Positions 11,931 through 23,059 of a stretch of DNA of 64,000 nt are shown piece by piece (position 1 is the stretch's first letter; each line of letters begins with the position of its first letter). Position numbers and translations under genes: made by a program. Under the pieces are notes generated by a model. It was not told the DNA's origin and made no database searches. It was given only the letters and a program-made list of their open reading frames with translations. Source of the DNA: an uncultured Bacilli bacterium (GTDB lineage Bacteria > Bacillota_I > Bacilli_A > RF39 > UBA660); contig CAKPLP010000005.1 of the NCBI GenBank assembly GCA_934167695.1, positions 22,955 through 86,954 of the forward strand, read 5' to 3'.

Positions 11931-13061
11931 TTAATAAGTTCTAATTGGTAAAACTAGTTGTGTTAAAGTTTCTTCTTCACTAGATTTTAAAATTATTGGT
12001 TTTATTTCACCTACGTAATGAATTTCCACAGTTTCTGTTGAAAAACTCTTTAAAGCTTCCATCATATATCTTGCACTAAATGAAATTTTAATATCATCTT
12101 CTACATTTTTTGTAATTTTCATTTTTTCTTCTACTCTACCAATTTCAATAGAAGATGATTTTAATATTAAAGTATTACCGTCAGTTTCTAAAGTAACTAT
12201 ATTTTTTTCTTTATCACTTGTTAAAATACTTGCACGATCTATCACACTATAGAAATCATTTAAATTAGCAGTAATTATCATATAAGATGATTCAGGCATT
12301 AAATTAGCAGTATTTGGATAAGTACCATTAATCAAACGAGATTGAAATAATACATTTTTATATTTAAATAAGATTTTATTATTAAATATATGAATTTCTA
12401 CCTTACTATCAGGATCATCATCCATTATTCTAGAAAATTCTACAATATTATGACTAGGAATTACAATATTATAATTATCTTCACTAACTTTATCTAACTT
12501 AATAATCTTACGAGCAAGTCTATAACTATCAGTAGAATTACATTCTAATGTATCTCCAACAATATTAAAATTAATACCAGTTAATACAGGCTTTGTTTCC
12601 TCATTTGATGCTGCAAAAGCTGTTTGATTAACTAAATCCTTAAAAATAGAACTATTAATATCTATTTTCTTTTTACTTTCTTCTAAGTTAATAGAAGGAT
12701 ATTCACTTTCATTAATTCCATTTAAATTAAATTCACTATTTTCTGTGTAAATTAATATTTTTAATTCATCAATTACTTCAATATTAATATATTTATCAGG
12801 TAATTTACGTACAATATCTAATATATATTTACCTTGTACTATAATATTTCCTTCATCTTCTACTTTAAAGTCTTCATCATTATCACTTTCAATAGTAGTT
12901 TGAATAGTAATATCATTATCTGAAGCAGTTAAAGTTAATTTATTTTTCTTTAATTCAAATTTAATACCAGCAAGAACAGGTATCAAATTCTTAGTAGATA
13001 TAGCTTTAGATACTTTATTTAAAGCATCTAATAAAATTTCTTTTTTAATTGTTAATTTCAT
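11931..13061 (-). CDS. dnaN: DNA polymerase III beta sliding clamp
   Basis: A 376-aa protein of conserved three-domain clamp size, immediately downstream of dnaA. Confidence 0.9.
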   Translation of the reverse strand: MKLTIKKEILLDALNKVSKAISTKNLIPVLAGIKFELKKNKLTLTASDNDITIQTTIESDNDEDFKVEDEGNIIVQGKYILDIVRKLPDKYINIEVIDELKILIYTENSEFNLNGINESEYPSINLEESKKKIDINSSIFKDLVNQTAFAASNEETKPVLTGINFNIVGDTLECNSTDSYRLARKIIKLDKVSEDNYNIVIPSHNIVEFSRIMDDDPDSKVEIHIFNNKILFKYKNVLFQSRLINGTYPNTANLMPESSYMIITANLNDFYSVIDRASILTSDKEKNIVTLETDGNTLILKSSSIEIGRVEEKMKITKNVEDDIKISFSARYMMEALKSFSTETVEIHYVGEIKPIILKSSEEETLTQLVLPIRTY

Positions 13062-13213
13062 TTTAATTCCTTCTTTCTTATTCTATTAATATAAATTGTA
13101 TTATTATTATAGCTGTGGAAAAAGTTGAAAACTCTTCTTTTCACTTATATTATAACATATTTTTTAAAATTATCCTGTGGAAAACATTGTTGATATATAT
13201 TTTTTTCCACAAC
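13062..13213. promoter_or_regulatory. oriC: oriC, dnaA-dnaN half: DnaA boxes plus an AT-rich unwinding region
   Basis: TGTGGAAAA at about 13114 and about 13176, TTTTCCACA at about 13203, and an AT-rich run (ATATAAATTGTATTATTATTATA). Confidence 0.7.
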
Positions 13214-14575
13214 CTATTCAATATCCTTTTTTAATTTTTCTATAATATTAGCCAAATCTTTATTAACTTTTATCTCATTTTCTATTTTCTCTACAGAATG
13301 CATTACAGTAGAATGATCTTTTCCACCAAATTCTGTTCCAATCTTAGGAAATGATTCATTAGTCATGCATCTACATAAGTACATCGCAATCTGTCTTGGA
13401 AAAGCAATATTCGAACTTCTTTTTTTACTTCTAATATCTTCAACACTTATTTGGAAGAATTCAGCTACAACCTTTTGAATTCTATGAACATCATTTTTTT
13501 CACTAATTCCTTTACTAATAAAGTCTTTTAATGCCTCAATAGCTAAATTTAAAGTAATTGCAGACCCTCCCATGATAGCAGAATATGCAACAAGTCTTGT
13601 AATAGAACCCTCTAATTGTCTAACATCATTACCCATATTAGAAGCAATATATTCTATAACATCTTCTGGTATTTCCTTTTCAAAATTACCTGCAATTATT
13701 TTTCTTTTTATAATTTCTACTCTTAAATTGAAATCCGGTGGAAAAATATTAACTGTCAATCCCCAACAAAACCTTGTTCTTAAACGATCTTCCAATAACT
13801 TTAAATCATCTGGAGATCTATCTGATGATATAATAATTTGCTTAGAATCACTATATAATGTATTAAAAGTATGGAAAAATTCCTGTTGAGTCTGAGTAGC
13901 TCCACCTAAAAATTGAATATCATCAATAATTAATACATCAACATTTCTATATTTATTTTTAAAGAAATCTACATAGTTGAAATTTGTTCCATTACTATCC
14001 TTTTTATTTATACCAATAAAATCCTGAATAAATTGATCACTTGTAACATATAAAACTCTTTTATTAGAATTAGCAATTATATAATTACCAATAGCATGCA
14101 TTAAATGAGTTTTTCCAAGACCACTATTACCATATATAAATAATGGATTATACATTTTTCCGGGATTCTCAGCTACAGACAATGCTGCAGCCTGTGCAAA
14201 CTTATTACTATTACCAACAATAAAATTTTCAAATGTATATTTTGTATTTAAATTACTTTGTTCTTTATTATTATGGGGAACTCCACTAGGAATATCTTCT
14301 ACCTTAGTTTTTTTATTCTCTTCCTTAATTTCTTCCTCTAAAACAAATTCCAGCTCAAAATTTGTACCAGTAATATTATTTAATATATATTTAATTTTTT
14401 CTTCATAATTATCAGATAAATGTTTCTTATGAATAGGCATAGGTACAACAATAACAGCTTTTCCATCTTCTAATTTATATAATTTCGTATCTGCAAACCA
14501 AGTATCGTATGCAAGAGAGGAAAGTTCTTCTTTAATTTGTTTTAAAAAATTGGTCCAAAGGACCCCCATATTCAT
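13214..14575 (-). CDS. dnaA: chromosomal replication initiator DnaA
   Basis: AAA+ motif GNSGLGKTHL and a C-terminal DNA-binding domain. The start was set at MNMGVLW after a GAGGGGAG RBS. The 31-aa extension upstream in the ORF track runs into the DnaA-box array. Confidence 0.95.
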   Translation of the reverse strand: MNMGVLWTNFLKQIKEELSSLAYDTWFADTKLYKLEDGKAVIVVPMPIHKKHLSDNYEEKIKYILNNITGTNFELEFVLEEEIKEENKKTKVEDIPSGVPHNNKEQSNLNTKYTFENFIVGNSNKFAQAAALSVAENPGKMYNPLFIYGNSGLGKTHLMHAIGNYIIANSNKRVLYVTSDQFIQDFIGINKKDSNGTNFNYVDFFKNKYRNVDVLIIDDIQFLGGATQTQQEFFHTFNTLYSDSKQIIISSDRSPDDLKLLEDRLRTRFCWGLTVNIFPPDFNLRVEIIKRKIIAGNFEKEIPEDVIEYIASNMGNDVRQLEGSITRLVAYSAIMGGSAITLNLAIEALKDFISKGISEKNDVHRIQKVVAEFFQISVEDIRSKKRSSNIAFPRQIAMYLCRCMTNESFPKIGTEFGGKDHSTVMHSVEKIENEIKVNKDLANIIEKLKKDIE

Positions 14576-14927
14576 TTGACCATCTCCCCTCGAGCAATTT
14601 GTACAACAATTATAATAAAACATATTGTGGAAAAAATAAACAAAAAAATAACAATTTTTTTTCTCCACAACATTTCCACAGTTTTTTCCACATCCGAATG
14701 TTATATTCTATAATGATAAAAATCACTTTTCCACATTTTCCACAATTTTTTTATTAACAAGTTTAAAAAAGATATTCACAGCAATGTTAATTCTGTGGAA
14801 AAAGAAAAATAATCACAAAAATTAATAAATAAAAAGAATAAATTTTCTCGATAATAAAACTTTTATTTGACAAATAAAACTTTTATCCATTATAATAAGG
14901 GAGATTTATGTCTGGAGGTGGAAATTT
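14576..14927. promoter_or_regulatory. oriC: oriC, rpmH-dnaA half: array of at least 7 DnaA boxes
   Basis: TGTGGAAAA (14634), TTCTCCACA (14662), ATTTCCACA (14672), TTTTCCACA (14685, 14727, 14736), TGTGGAAAA (14794). It lies between divergent rpmH and dnaA. Confidence 0.8.
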
Positions 14928-15050
14928 ATGAAGAGAACTTATCAACCAAATAATCGTAAAAAAGCTAAAAAATTAGGCTTCTTTGCTCGTAAAAAAACAA
15001 ATATTTTAAATCGTCGTCGTCGCAAAGGTCGTAAAAATCTTTGTAAATAA
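14928..15050 (+). CDS. rpmH: 50S ribosomal protein L34
   Basis: Translates to MKRTYQPNNRKKAKKLGFFARKKTNILNRRRRKGRKNLCK after a GGAGG RBS. It is below the size cutoff of the ORF track. Confidence 0.85.
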   Translation: MKRTYQPNNRKKAKKLGFFARKKTNILNRRRRKGRKNLCK

Positions 15051-15100
15051 TACCACCGTTTTTTAAACAGTGGTTTTTTAAATTAAAAGAAGGAATAAAT

Positions 15101-15430
15101 ATGAGAAAATTATATATAGTAAAAACAAAAGAAGAATTTAATGACTTAATAAATAATGGCTCATGTAAAAAAAATAAATATTTTGTAGTATATTCAAAAT
15201 CCAATAATTTAAAATATGATCGCTTTGGTTTTTCAGTAGGAAAAAAAATTGGAAATGCTGTAGTTCGTAATAAATATAAAAGGAAAATGAGAAGTATCAT
15301 AGATATTTATAGAAAAGACTATCTTAATTGTAAAGATTATATTATAATATTAAGAAGTAGAGCATTAAATCTAAATTATCAGGAATTAAAGAATGAATTA
15401 ATATCTCTACTTGATGTGAGGGAGAAATAA
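15101..15430 (+). CDS. rnpA: RNase P protein component
   Basis: A 109-aa basic protein directly after rpmH. It contains the conserved FGFSVGKK region. Confidence 0.85.
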   Translation: MRKLYIVKTKEEFNDLINNGSCKKNKYFVVYSKSNNLKYDRFGFSVGKKIGNAVVRNKYKRKMRSIIDIYRKDYLNCKDYIIILRSRALNLNYQELKNELISLLDVREK

Positions 15431-16374
15431 TGAAAAAAAACAAAAATACTAACAGAAAAAAAATACTTATTTTAATATTGTTAATAATAACATTAACCAC
15501 AGGATGTACAAAAACATTAGTAGATAAAAATAAAAAAGCAGTAATAAATAAACAAACTGGTCAAAATTTAACAGCGAACATTTTATGTAAACCAACTGCA
15601 AAAGAAACAATAAAACAATATAAAAAAAACAAGGTAAATATAGATAAGTTACCAGATTGTGAAAATTTTAAAATTAATTCAGGAAAATATGAAGGATTGT
15701 GGACTACAATTCTTGTAAAGCCATTAGCATATGTAATTTTACAATTAGGAAAATTAACTAAAAATTATGCACTAGCATTAGTATTAATAACAATTATTAT
15801 TAGACTAATAAGTTATCCGTTTACCAAAAAGGCAGCTATGCAATCAGAATTAATGAAAAAGGCTCAACCAGAAATGCAAAAAATTCAAAAGAAATATGCT
15901 GGTAAACAAGATGAAGAATCTATGATGAAACAAAGCCAAGAAATGATGATGATTTATAAAAAATACAATATTAGTCCATTAGCAGGTTGTTTATTTTCCT
16001 TTATTCAATTACCATTATTTATAGCTTTTTATGAAGCCGTTCAACGTTTTCCAGCTATATTTGAAGATCAATTTATAGGAATTCAATTAGGTACAACTCC
16101 AAGTGTTGGTATAACAACATCAACATTTTATATCTATATAATAATAATGCTTCTAATCTCTTTAACTACAATTTATTCATTTAAAATGAATATGTCAGGA
16201 CAAACATTAGATCCTACAATGAAAAACATGCCAATATATATGAGTATTATGATCATAATAACAGCATTATTTATGCCTTCTGCACTTTGTATTTATTGGA
16301 TTGTTAATAACTTATGTACAATATTACAAAATATAATAGTAAAAAAACATATAGATCAATTAAAAAGGAGTTAA
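15430..16374 (+). CDS. yidC: membrane protein insertase YidC/OxaA (lipoprotein type)
   Basis: A lipobox LTTGC followed by a multi-TM 60-kDa-insertase-like core. Its position after rnpA is conserved. Confidence 0.85.
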   Translation: MKKNKNTNRKKILILILLIITLTTGCTKTLVDKNKKAVINKQTGQNLTANILCKPTAKETIKQYKKNKVNIDKLPDCENFKINSGKYEGLWTTILVKPLAYVILQLGKLTKNYALALVLITIIIRLISYPFTKKAAMQSELMKKAQPEMQKIQKKYAGKQDEESMMKQSQEMMMIYKKYNISPLAGCLFSFIQLPLFIAFYEAVQRFPAIFEDQFIGIQLGTTPSVGITTSTFYIYIIIMLLISLTTIYSFKMNMSGQTLDPTMKNMPIYMSIMIIITALFMPSALCIYWIVNNLCTILQNIIVKKHIDQLKRS

Positions 16375-16378
16375 TAAT

Positions 16379-16987
16379 ATGGAGTCATATACATTTAGTG
16401 CTGATACCAAATTAGAAGCAATAAATCAAGCAAAGAAAACATTAGTAGAAACAGAAAATAATTTAATTATAAAAGAAATAGAAAATTCTAATAATAGTCA
16501 AGATGTAACAATAAAAGTTATAGAAAAAAGAGAAGTAATAAACTTTATTAAAGATTATATAAAAAAACTTCTAATTAATATAGGTTATAATGAAATAAAT
16601 ATAGAAGTTCAAAATAAAGATACAACACCAATATTTACTATATATTCTGATAATGATTCACTTTTAATAGGAAAATCAGGTAAAAATCTTCGTGCACTTC
16701 AAATAATAGTACAACAAGCTATAAAAAATGAGTTAGATGAGTCATTTAAATTTGTAATAAATATAAATGATTATAAAGAAAAAAGAGAAAAATCATTAAT
16801 TAAATTAGCTCATAATATTGCAACAGAAGTAAAAACAAGTAAGATATCAGCAAAATTAGACTCAATGAACTCTTATGAAAGAAGAATAATTCACAATGCT
16901 TTATTACATAATAAAGATGTTTATACAGAAAGTGAAGGAGAAGAACCAAACCGCTATGTTGTAATAAAACCAAAGGAGGACAAATAG
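16379..16987 (+). CDS. jag: KH/R3H RNA-binding protein Jag/KhpB
   Basis: A C-terminal R3H region (SMNSYERRIIHNAL). Its position after yidC is conserved. Confidence 0.8.
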   Translation: MESYTFSADTKLEAINQAKKTLVETENNLIIKEIENSNNSQDVTIKVIEKREVINFIKDYIKKLLINIGYNEINIEVQNKDTTPIFTIYSDNDSLLIGKSGKNLRALQIIVQQAIKNELDESFKFVININDYKEKREKSLIKLAHNIATEVKTSKISAKLDSMNSYERRIIHNALLHNKDVYTESEGEEPNRYVVIKPKEDK

Positions 16988-17084
16988 TCCTTTTTATTTG
17001 TCAATAATTCACTTTTATGGTATTATAGTCACGACTTAACATTATACTTTATAGTCAAAATATTAATAAAAAGAGGAATGAAAA

Positions 17085-18437
17085 ATGAATGATACAATAG
17101 CTGCAATATCAACAGCCTTGGGAATAGGAGCCATTTCTATAGTAAGAATGAGTGGAAAAGATGCAATTTCAATAGCAAATAAAGTTTTTAGTAAAGATTT
17201 AGAAAAAGTATCCACTCATACAATAAATTATGGATTTATTAAAGAAAATGACGAAATAATCGATGAAGTATTAGTTTCAGTAATGAAAGCTCCACATACT
17301 TACACAACAGAAGATGTAATAGAAATAAACTGTCATGGTGGTATAACAACGACAAATAAAATTCTAGAAATACTCTTAAAAAATGGTGCTCGTCTAGCAC
17401 AACCGGGGGAATTCACCAAAAGAGCATTCTTAAATGGAAGAATAGATCTGACAAAATCAGAAGCTGTAATGGATTTATTAGAAAGTAAAACAGAAACTGC
17501 TAGAAAATTAGCAATAAATTCTCTTCAAGGAAAAACAGCTTTATTAGTAGATAATTTTAGAGATAAGATAAAACAGTTAATATCATCAATAGAAGTAAAT
17601 ATAGATTATCCGGAATATTATGATATAGAAGTTATTACACTAGATAAAGTAAAACAAGAAACAACAAAAATGAAAAAAGAATTAGAAAATATAATTAAAG
17701 AAAGTGAAAATAGTAAAATAATTAAAAATGGAATAGATACTTTAATAATAGGAAGACCTAATGTTGGAAAAAGTAGTATTTTAAATAAATTCCTTGATGA
17801 AGATAAAGCAATAGTTACAGATATCGCAGGAACAACAAGAGACATTGTAGAAGGCCAAGTAATGCTCGATAATATTATTTTAAATATTATAGATACAGCA
17901 GGTATAAGACAAACAAATGATAAAGTAGAAAAAATAGGTGTAGAAAAAAGTCTATCCCTTATAGATAATGCTGATTTAGTAATTGTAGTTTTAAATAGTA
18001 ATGAAGAATTAACTAATGAAGATATAAATTTATTAGAAAAAACTAAAAATAAAAATACTATAATTGTTCTTAATAAAAATGACTTAGAAAGAAAAATAGA
18101 ATTAGACAAATTAGACGGATATAACTTAGTTAGTACAAATACCAATAATTTAGAAGGAATAAATAGTCTAAAAGAAAAGATAAAAGAAATGTTTAATTTA
18201 GAACAAATATCTACTAAAGACTATAATTATCTTACTAACGTAAGACAAATATCACTTGCAAAAAATGCTTATCAAAAACTAATAGATGTAGAAAAAGCTT
18301 TAAATGAAAATTTACCAGTAGATATGATTGAAATAGATTTGAGAGATTGTTTTGATATTCTTGGTGAAATAACTGGTAAGACATACAGTGATGAAATAAT
18401 TGATAACCTTTTTGAAAGATTCTGTGTAGGAAAGTAG
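17085..18437 (+). CDS. mnmE: tRNA modification GTPase MnmE
   Basis: G-domain motifs GRPNVGKSS and DTAG, and the C-terminal CVGK. Confidence 0.9.
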   Translation: MNDTIAAISTALGIGAISIVRMSGKDAISIANKVFSKDLEKVSTHTINYGFIKENDEIIDEVLVSVMKAPHTYTTEDVIEINCHGGITTTNKILEILLKNGARLAQPGEFTKRAFLNGRIDLTKSEAVMDLLESKTETARKLAINSLQGKTALLVDNFRDKIKQLISSIEVNIDYPEYYDIEVITLDKVKQETTKMKKELENIIKESENSKIIKNGIDTLIIGRPNVGKSSILNKFLDEDKAIVTDIAGTTRDIVEGQVMLDNIILNIIDTAGIRQTNDKVEKIGVEKSLSLIDNADLVIVVLNSNEELTNEDINLLEKTKNKNTIIVLNKNDLERKIELDKLDGYNLVSTNTNNLEGINSLKEKIKEMFNLEQISTKDYNYLTNVRQISLAKNAYQKLIDVEKALNENLPVDMIEIDLRDCFDILGEITGKTYSDEIIDNLFERFCVGK

Positions 18438-18444
18438 GAATAGT

Positions 18445-18927
18445 ATGAAAATAGCAGTTATAGAACATTTAAAAGAAGATAAAAATAAAGATACTTTTAA
18501 TAGAAAACTATATTTAAGTAGTTATTTTCAAGAGATATTTGCAAATTTAGATATATTATGGATTCCTATTGTTTCAGAAAAATTTACTGAAGAAATTTGT
18601 GATATCTGTGATGGATTGTTAGTAACAGGAAGTGCTAATGATGTTCATCCAAAGTATTATAATGAAAAAGTATTAGCTGGAAAAGAATATAAATATGATG
18701 AATTTCCAACAGTAAAAAAAGCAATAAAATTATTTAATAAAAGGAACAAACCAATATTAGGTATTTGTGCTGGAATACAAGAAATAAATGTAGTATTTGG
18801 TGGTTCATTAAATCAAGAAATTGAAAGAGAAAATATTTTTGCAGTTCAGTGGCATCCAGAAGTTTCTAATGATATGAATTTATTCAAAAAATTCATTGAT
18901 TTGTGCAAGAAAAAGCAACAAAATTAA
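18445..18927 (+). CDS. class I glutamine amidotransferase-like (peptidase C26 / gamma-glutamyl hydrolase family), short form
   Basis: GICAGIQ (nucleophile Cys) and VQWHPE (His) motifs. At 160 aa it is shorter than typical family members. Confidence 0.45.
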   Translation: MKIAVIEHLKEDKNKDTFNRKLYLSSYFQEIFANLDILWIPIVSEKFTEEICDICDGLLVTGSANDVHPKYYNEKVLAGKEYKYDEFPTVKKAIKLFNKRNKPILGICAGIQEINVVFGGSLNQEIERENIFAVQWHPEVSNDMNLFKKFIDLCKKKQQN

Positions 18928-18949
18928 AATAAAATGTGGTGGTGATAAA

Positions 18950-20830
18950 ATGAAATATGAAATAATAGTAGTCGGTGGAGGTCATGCAGGATGTGAAGCA
19001 GCTCTAGCAGCAGCAAGAAAAAATCATAAAACTCTTCTAATAACAGGAAATATAAATAATATTGCAGATATGCCTTGTAATCCATCAATCGGAGGACCAG
19101 CTAAAGGAATAATCGTAAGAGAAATAGATGCCCTAGGTGGAGAAATGGGAAGAAACGCTGATAAAGCAACTCTCCAAATAAAATTGTTAAATACAAAAAA
19201 AGGACCAGCAGTTCAAGCATTAAGGGCTCAAGCTGATAAAGTAATTTATCCTAAGGAAATGTTAAAAACATTAAAAAACACAAAAAATTTAACAATAATT
19301 GAATCCCTTGTTGAGCATTTAATAGTAGAAAATAAAAAAATAAAAGGTGTTATTTTAGAGGATGGAACTAAAATAAAGGCGGATGCAGTAATATTAACAA
19401 CAGGTACATATTTAAAAGGAATGATACTAGTAGGAAGTAAAAAAACAAGTGGAGGCCCACATGGAGAAAGGCCTAGTAAGTATTTAAGTGAAGATTTAGA
19501 AAAATTAGGTTTTAAAATTTTACGCTTAAAGACCGGAACTCCTCAAAGAATAGATAAAACAACTATAGATTACAGTAAAACATCAATAGAACAAGGAGAT
19601 AAAAAAACTCATACATTTTCATTTGATAATATTGCCTATTATGATGTAAATAATCAAATTCCATGTCACTTAATATATACAACAAAAAAAACTCACGAAA
19701 TAATAAAACAAAATCTTGAAAAATCAAGTATGTATGGAGGTTATGTAGAAGGTGTTGGTCCTAGATATTGTCCATCTATTGAAGATAAAGTAGTTCGTTT
19801 TGCAGATAAAGAACGTCATCAATTATTTTTAGAACCAGAAAGTAATGATGAAAATAATCCAGATTATGGAAACACAATATATCTTCAAGGATTTTCAACA
19901 AGTATGCCTTATGACATTCAAGAAGAAATGGTTCACTCTCTTCCCGGATTAGAACATGCAAAAATATTAAAATATGCTTATGCAATCGAATATGATGCAA
20001 TCGATGCTAGGGATTTAAAACAAAGTTTGGAAACAAAAATTATAGAGAATCTTTATACCGCAGGTCAAATAAATGGTACAAGTGGATATGAAGAAGCCGC
20101 AGGTCAAGGGCTTATCGCTGGAATAAATGCAGCTTTAAAATTAGAACAAAAGCCACCATTAGTTTTAAAAAGAAATGAAGCATACATTGGAGTATTAATT
20201 GATGATCTAATAACAAAGGGAATTAAAGATCCTTATAGAATGCTTACATCTCGTGCTGAATACCGTTTACTTTTAAGAAATGATAATGCAGATATCAGAT
20301 TAAGAAAATATGGACATGATATTGGATTAATATCAGATGAAAAATACAATCTATTTAAACAAAAATTAGAGGATATTGACAGTTTATATAAAGTATTAAA
20401 AGAAAATAAAATAACACCAACAAAAGATACTAACTCTTACTTAGAAAGCATTAAAACAGCACCATTAAAAGATGGCATTACATTGTATGATTTATTAAAA
20501 AGACCTGAAATAACTATGAAAAATGTAGAACATTTTTTACAAATAGATTATTCTGATGAAGTAAAAGAACAAGTAGAAATAAATATTAGGTACGGTGGAT
20601 ATATAAAGAAAGCAAATTTAGATGCAGAAAAAATGCTAGCATTAGAAAATAAAGAAATACCATCAAATATTGATTATAATAAAATACCGAATATTGCCAG
20701 TGAAGCACGTGAAAAGCTAAATAAAATTCATCCAACATCAATAGGTCAAGCAAGCAGAATAAGTGGAGTTAACCCAGCAGATATTTCCATTTTAATGGTA
20801 TATTTAAGAAGGTGTGGAAATAATGAGTGA
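18950..20830 (+). CDS. mnmG: tRNA uridine 5-carboxymethylaminomethyl modification enzyme MnmG (GidA)
   Basis: FAD-binding motif GGGHAGCEA. The start was set at [10 protein letters not shown]. Confidence 0.9.
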   Translation: MKYEIIVVGGGHAGCEAALAAARKNHKTLLITGNINNIADMPCNPSIGGPAKGIIVREIDALGGEMGRNADKATLQIKLLNTKKGPAVQALRAQADKVIYPKEMLKTLKNTKNLTIIESLVEHLIVENKKIKGVILEDGTKIKADAVILTTGTYLKGMILVGSKKTSGGPHGERPSKYLSEDLEKLGFKILRLKTGTPQRIDKTTIDYSKTSIEQGDKKTHTFSFDNIAYYDVNNQIPCHLIYTTKKTHEIIKQNLEKSSMYGGYVEGVGPRYCPSIEDKVVRFADKERHQLFLEPESNDENNPDYGNTIYLQGFSTSMPYDIQEEMVHSLPGLEHAKILKYAYAIEYDAIDARDLKQSLETKIIENLYTAGQINGTSGYEEAAGQGLIAGINAALKLEQKPPLVLKRNEAYIGVLIDDLITKGIKDPYRMLTSRAEYRLLLRNDNADIRLRKYGHDIGLISDEKYNLFKQKLEDIDSLYKVLKENKITPTKDTNSYLESIKTAPLKDGITLYDLLKRPEITMKNVEHFLQIDYSDEVKEQVEINIRYGGYIKKANLDAEKMLALENKEIPSNIDYNKIPNIASEAREKLNKIHPTSIGQASRISGVNPADISILMVYLRRCGNNE

Positions 20831-21470
20831 AAAAGATTTTATAGAATCATTAAAAGAAATAAATATTATTCCCACTGACACTCAGTTACTACAATTAAAA
20901 AAGTATTATAATTTATTAATAGAATGGAATCAAAAAATAAATTTAACTAGAATTACTAATGAAAAAGATGTTTACTTAAAACATTTTTATGATAGTTTAA
21001 CTATTACAAAAGTAGTAGATTTAAATACCTGCACTACCCTATTAGATTTTGGAACAGGAGCAGGATTTCCGGGAATGGTTTTAAAAATAATGTACCCTTC
21101 TTTAAAGATAACACTTATAGATTCATTAAAAAAAAGAACTATATTTTTAAATGAAGTAGTAAAAGAACTAAACTTAAAAGATATTGAGGTTGTTCATTGT
21201 AGAATAGAAGATTATCCATTAAAAAAATTTGATATTATTACAACTAGAGCAGTTGCAAATTTATCTAAATTATTAGATTATACTCATAAATTAATAGATA
21301 ATAATACTAAATTTATTCCATTAAAAGGTCATGTAGATGATGAAATAGAATTAGCTAAAACAAAATTAAATAAATATAATTTACAAATAGTTACAAAAGA
21401 AGAATTCAACTTACCTGTAGAAAACAGTACAAGAACAATTTTAATTATAGAAAAAAAGAAAAATAATTAA
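20823..21470 (+). CDS. rsmG: 16S rRNA (guanine527-N7)-methyltransferase RsmG (GidB)
   Basis: SAM-binding motif [10 protein letters not shown]. It overlaps the mnmG stop, as is typical. The start could instead be 20814. Confidence 0.85.
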   Translation: MSEKDFIESLKEINIIPTDTQLLQLKKYYNLLIEWNQKINLTRITNEKDVYLKHFYDSLTITKVVDLNTCTTLLDFGTGAGFPGMVLKIMYPSLKITLIDSLKKRTIFLNEVVKELNLKDIEVVHCRIEDYPLKKFDIITTRAVANLSKLLDYTHKLIDNNTKFIPLKGHVDDEIELAKTKLNKYNLQIVTKEEFNLPVENSTRTILIIEKKKNN

Positions 21471-21580
21471 ATATATATTTTATTCTAAAGCATTAATAAA
21501 ATGCTTTTTTACTTGAAACCAAATAATAATTAATGCTATAATATCGGTATAAAGATAAAGAATAAAAGGGAGGAAAAAAT

Positions 21581-23059
21581 ATGGACACTGATAAGGAAGT
21601 AATTTATCTACATTTAGATGATATAATACCAAATAGATTTCAGCCTCGTGAAGTATTTGATGAAAGAGCCCTAAAAGAACTAGCCGTTTCAATTAAAGAA
21701 CATGGTGTAATTCAACCAATTATTGTACGTCAAATTAAATCTAATAATAAATATGAAATAATTGCAGGAGAAAGAAGATATAAGGCATCTGCATTAGCAG
21801 GACTAACAAAAATACCAGCAATTATTAGAAACTTAGATGATAAAGAAGCAGCAAAAGTTGCATTACTAGAAAACTTACAAAGAAAAAATTTAAACCCTAT
21901 AGAAGAAGCGCGAACATATCAAAAAATAATTGAATTAGATCAAATGACTCAAGAGGATTTAGCCAAAACGATGGGAAAAAGTCAATCAGCAGTAGCAAAT
22001 AAATTAAGATTGTTGTCATTACCAGATGAAATTCAAAAATCTCTTTTAAAAGAGGAAATATCTGAAAGACATGCTAGAACTTTGCTAAACTTGGAAACCC
22101 CAGAAGAACAAAAGGAAATGTTAAAAAGAGTTATAAAAGAAAAAATGACAGTTAGAAAATTAGAAGAGGAAATAAAAAGAAAAAATATGCCAGAAGAAAC
22201 TGAAAAAATAAAAGATCAAGAAGATTTACAATCAATAATAAATCCACAACCAGTTAAATTACAGTCTGAAAAGAGTTTTTTAATGGATCCTACTCCAATA
22301 GATAATAGTAGTGACAAAATAATAAATTATGGTGAAATAAATGATGAAGAAGAACAGGAAGAAGCCTCATCAACTGATGAACTTTCATCAAGTGCTGCAG
22401 AGCCTATAGATTTAGGAAAATTAAAATCCAGTTCTGTTGATATAGCGGATTATAATAGCATTAAACAACAAGAAGATAATAAAACTGATGACTTAGATAG
22501 TCTATTAAATCTAAAAAATCCTGATAATAATCAAAAAGATAATAAATTCTTTACACCAGCACAAGAAGCATTGCGAGAAAGTGAAAACAATAAAGAAAAT
22601 AAAGAAGATTATTTTTCAGCACCAGATTTAATGTCAATAGAATTACCAAATTCAAGTAGTAGTGCACAATCTGGAAATACCTTTATGGATAAACCAAACA
22701 TTCCGACAAATAAGTTTGATAGTTTAATTGATTTTGCAAATTCTTCTCCATCCCCTACTAAGTCAAATAATAATCTAACAAGTCTTGATCAGACTTTATT
22801 CCAAAAACCAATCGATACAAAAATGGAAAATAATAATTCAAAGTCAAACAAATCACTAGGAATGGCTCTAATGACAGAAGCATACAATAGCAATACCAAA
22901 AATAAAGAAGAACAATATAATATTCAACAAATGGTAAATGCTATCAGAAAAACATTAGCAGATTTAGAAGCTCATGGCGCAAAAATAGATACAGATGAGA
23001 TGAATTTTGAAAATCAATATCAAATATTAATAAAAATAGATAAGGACAGTAATTACTAA
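21581..23059 (+). CDS. noc: Noc-like ParB-family protein with a long low-complexity C-terminal extension
   Basis: The N-terminal 190 aa align with B. subtilis Noc (IPNRFQPR, GERR, HTH KSQSAVANKLRLL). It is followed by a roughly 290-aa acidic Ser/Asn/Asp-rich region. Its position after rsmG matches noc. Confidence 0.7.
   Translation: MDTDKEVIYLHLDDIIPNRFQPREVFDERALKELAVSIKEHGVIQPIIVRQIKSNNKYEIIAGERRYKASALAGLTKIPAIIRNLDDKEAAKVALLENLQRKNLNPIEEARTYQKIIELDQMTQEDLAKTMGKSQSAVANKLRLLSLPDEIQKSLLKEEISERHARTLLNLETPEEQKEMLKRVIKEKMTVRKLEEEIKRKNMPEETEKIKDQEDLQSIINPQPVKLQSEKSFLMDPTPIDNSSDKIINYGEINDEEEQEEASSTDELSSSAAEPIDLGKLKSSSVDIADYNSIKQQEDNKTDDLDSLLNLKNPDNNQKDNKFFTPAQEALRESENNKENKEDYFSAPDLMSIELPNSSSSAQSGNTFMDKPNIPTNKFDSLIDFANSSPSPTKSNNNLTSLDQTLFQKPIDTKMENNNSKSNKSLGMALMTEAYNSNTKNKEEQYNIQQMVNAIRKTLADLEAHGAKIDTDEMNFENQYQILIKIDKDSNY

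Noticed and set aside
13214-14668. The 31-aa N-terminal extension of dnaA (MEKKNCYFFVYFFHNMFYYNCCTNCSRGDGQ) in the ORF track.
   Set aside because: The extension is translated from the DnaA-box array. A canonical start MNMGVLW with a GAGGGGAG RBS lies at 14575.
18896-18949. The N-terminal extension of mnmG ([18 protein letters not shown]) in the ORF track.
   Set aside because: The canonical [14 protein letters not shown] start with upstream GGTGGTGA occurs at 18950. The extension overlaps the end of the preceding gene.
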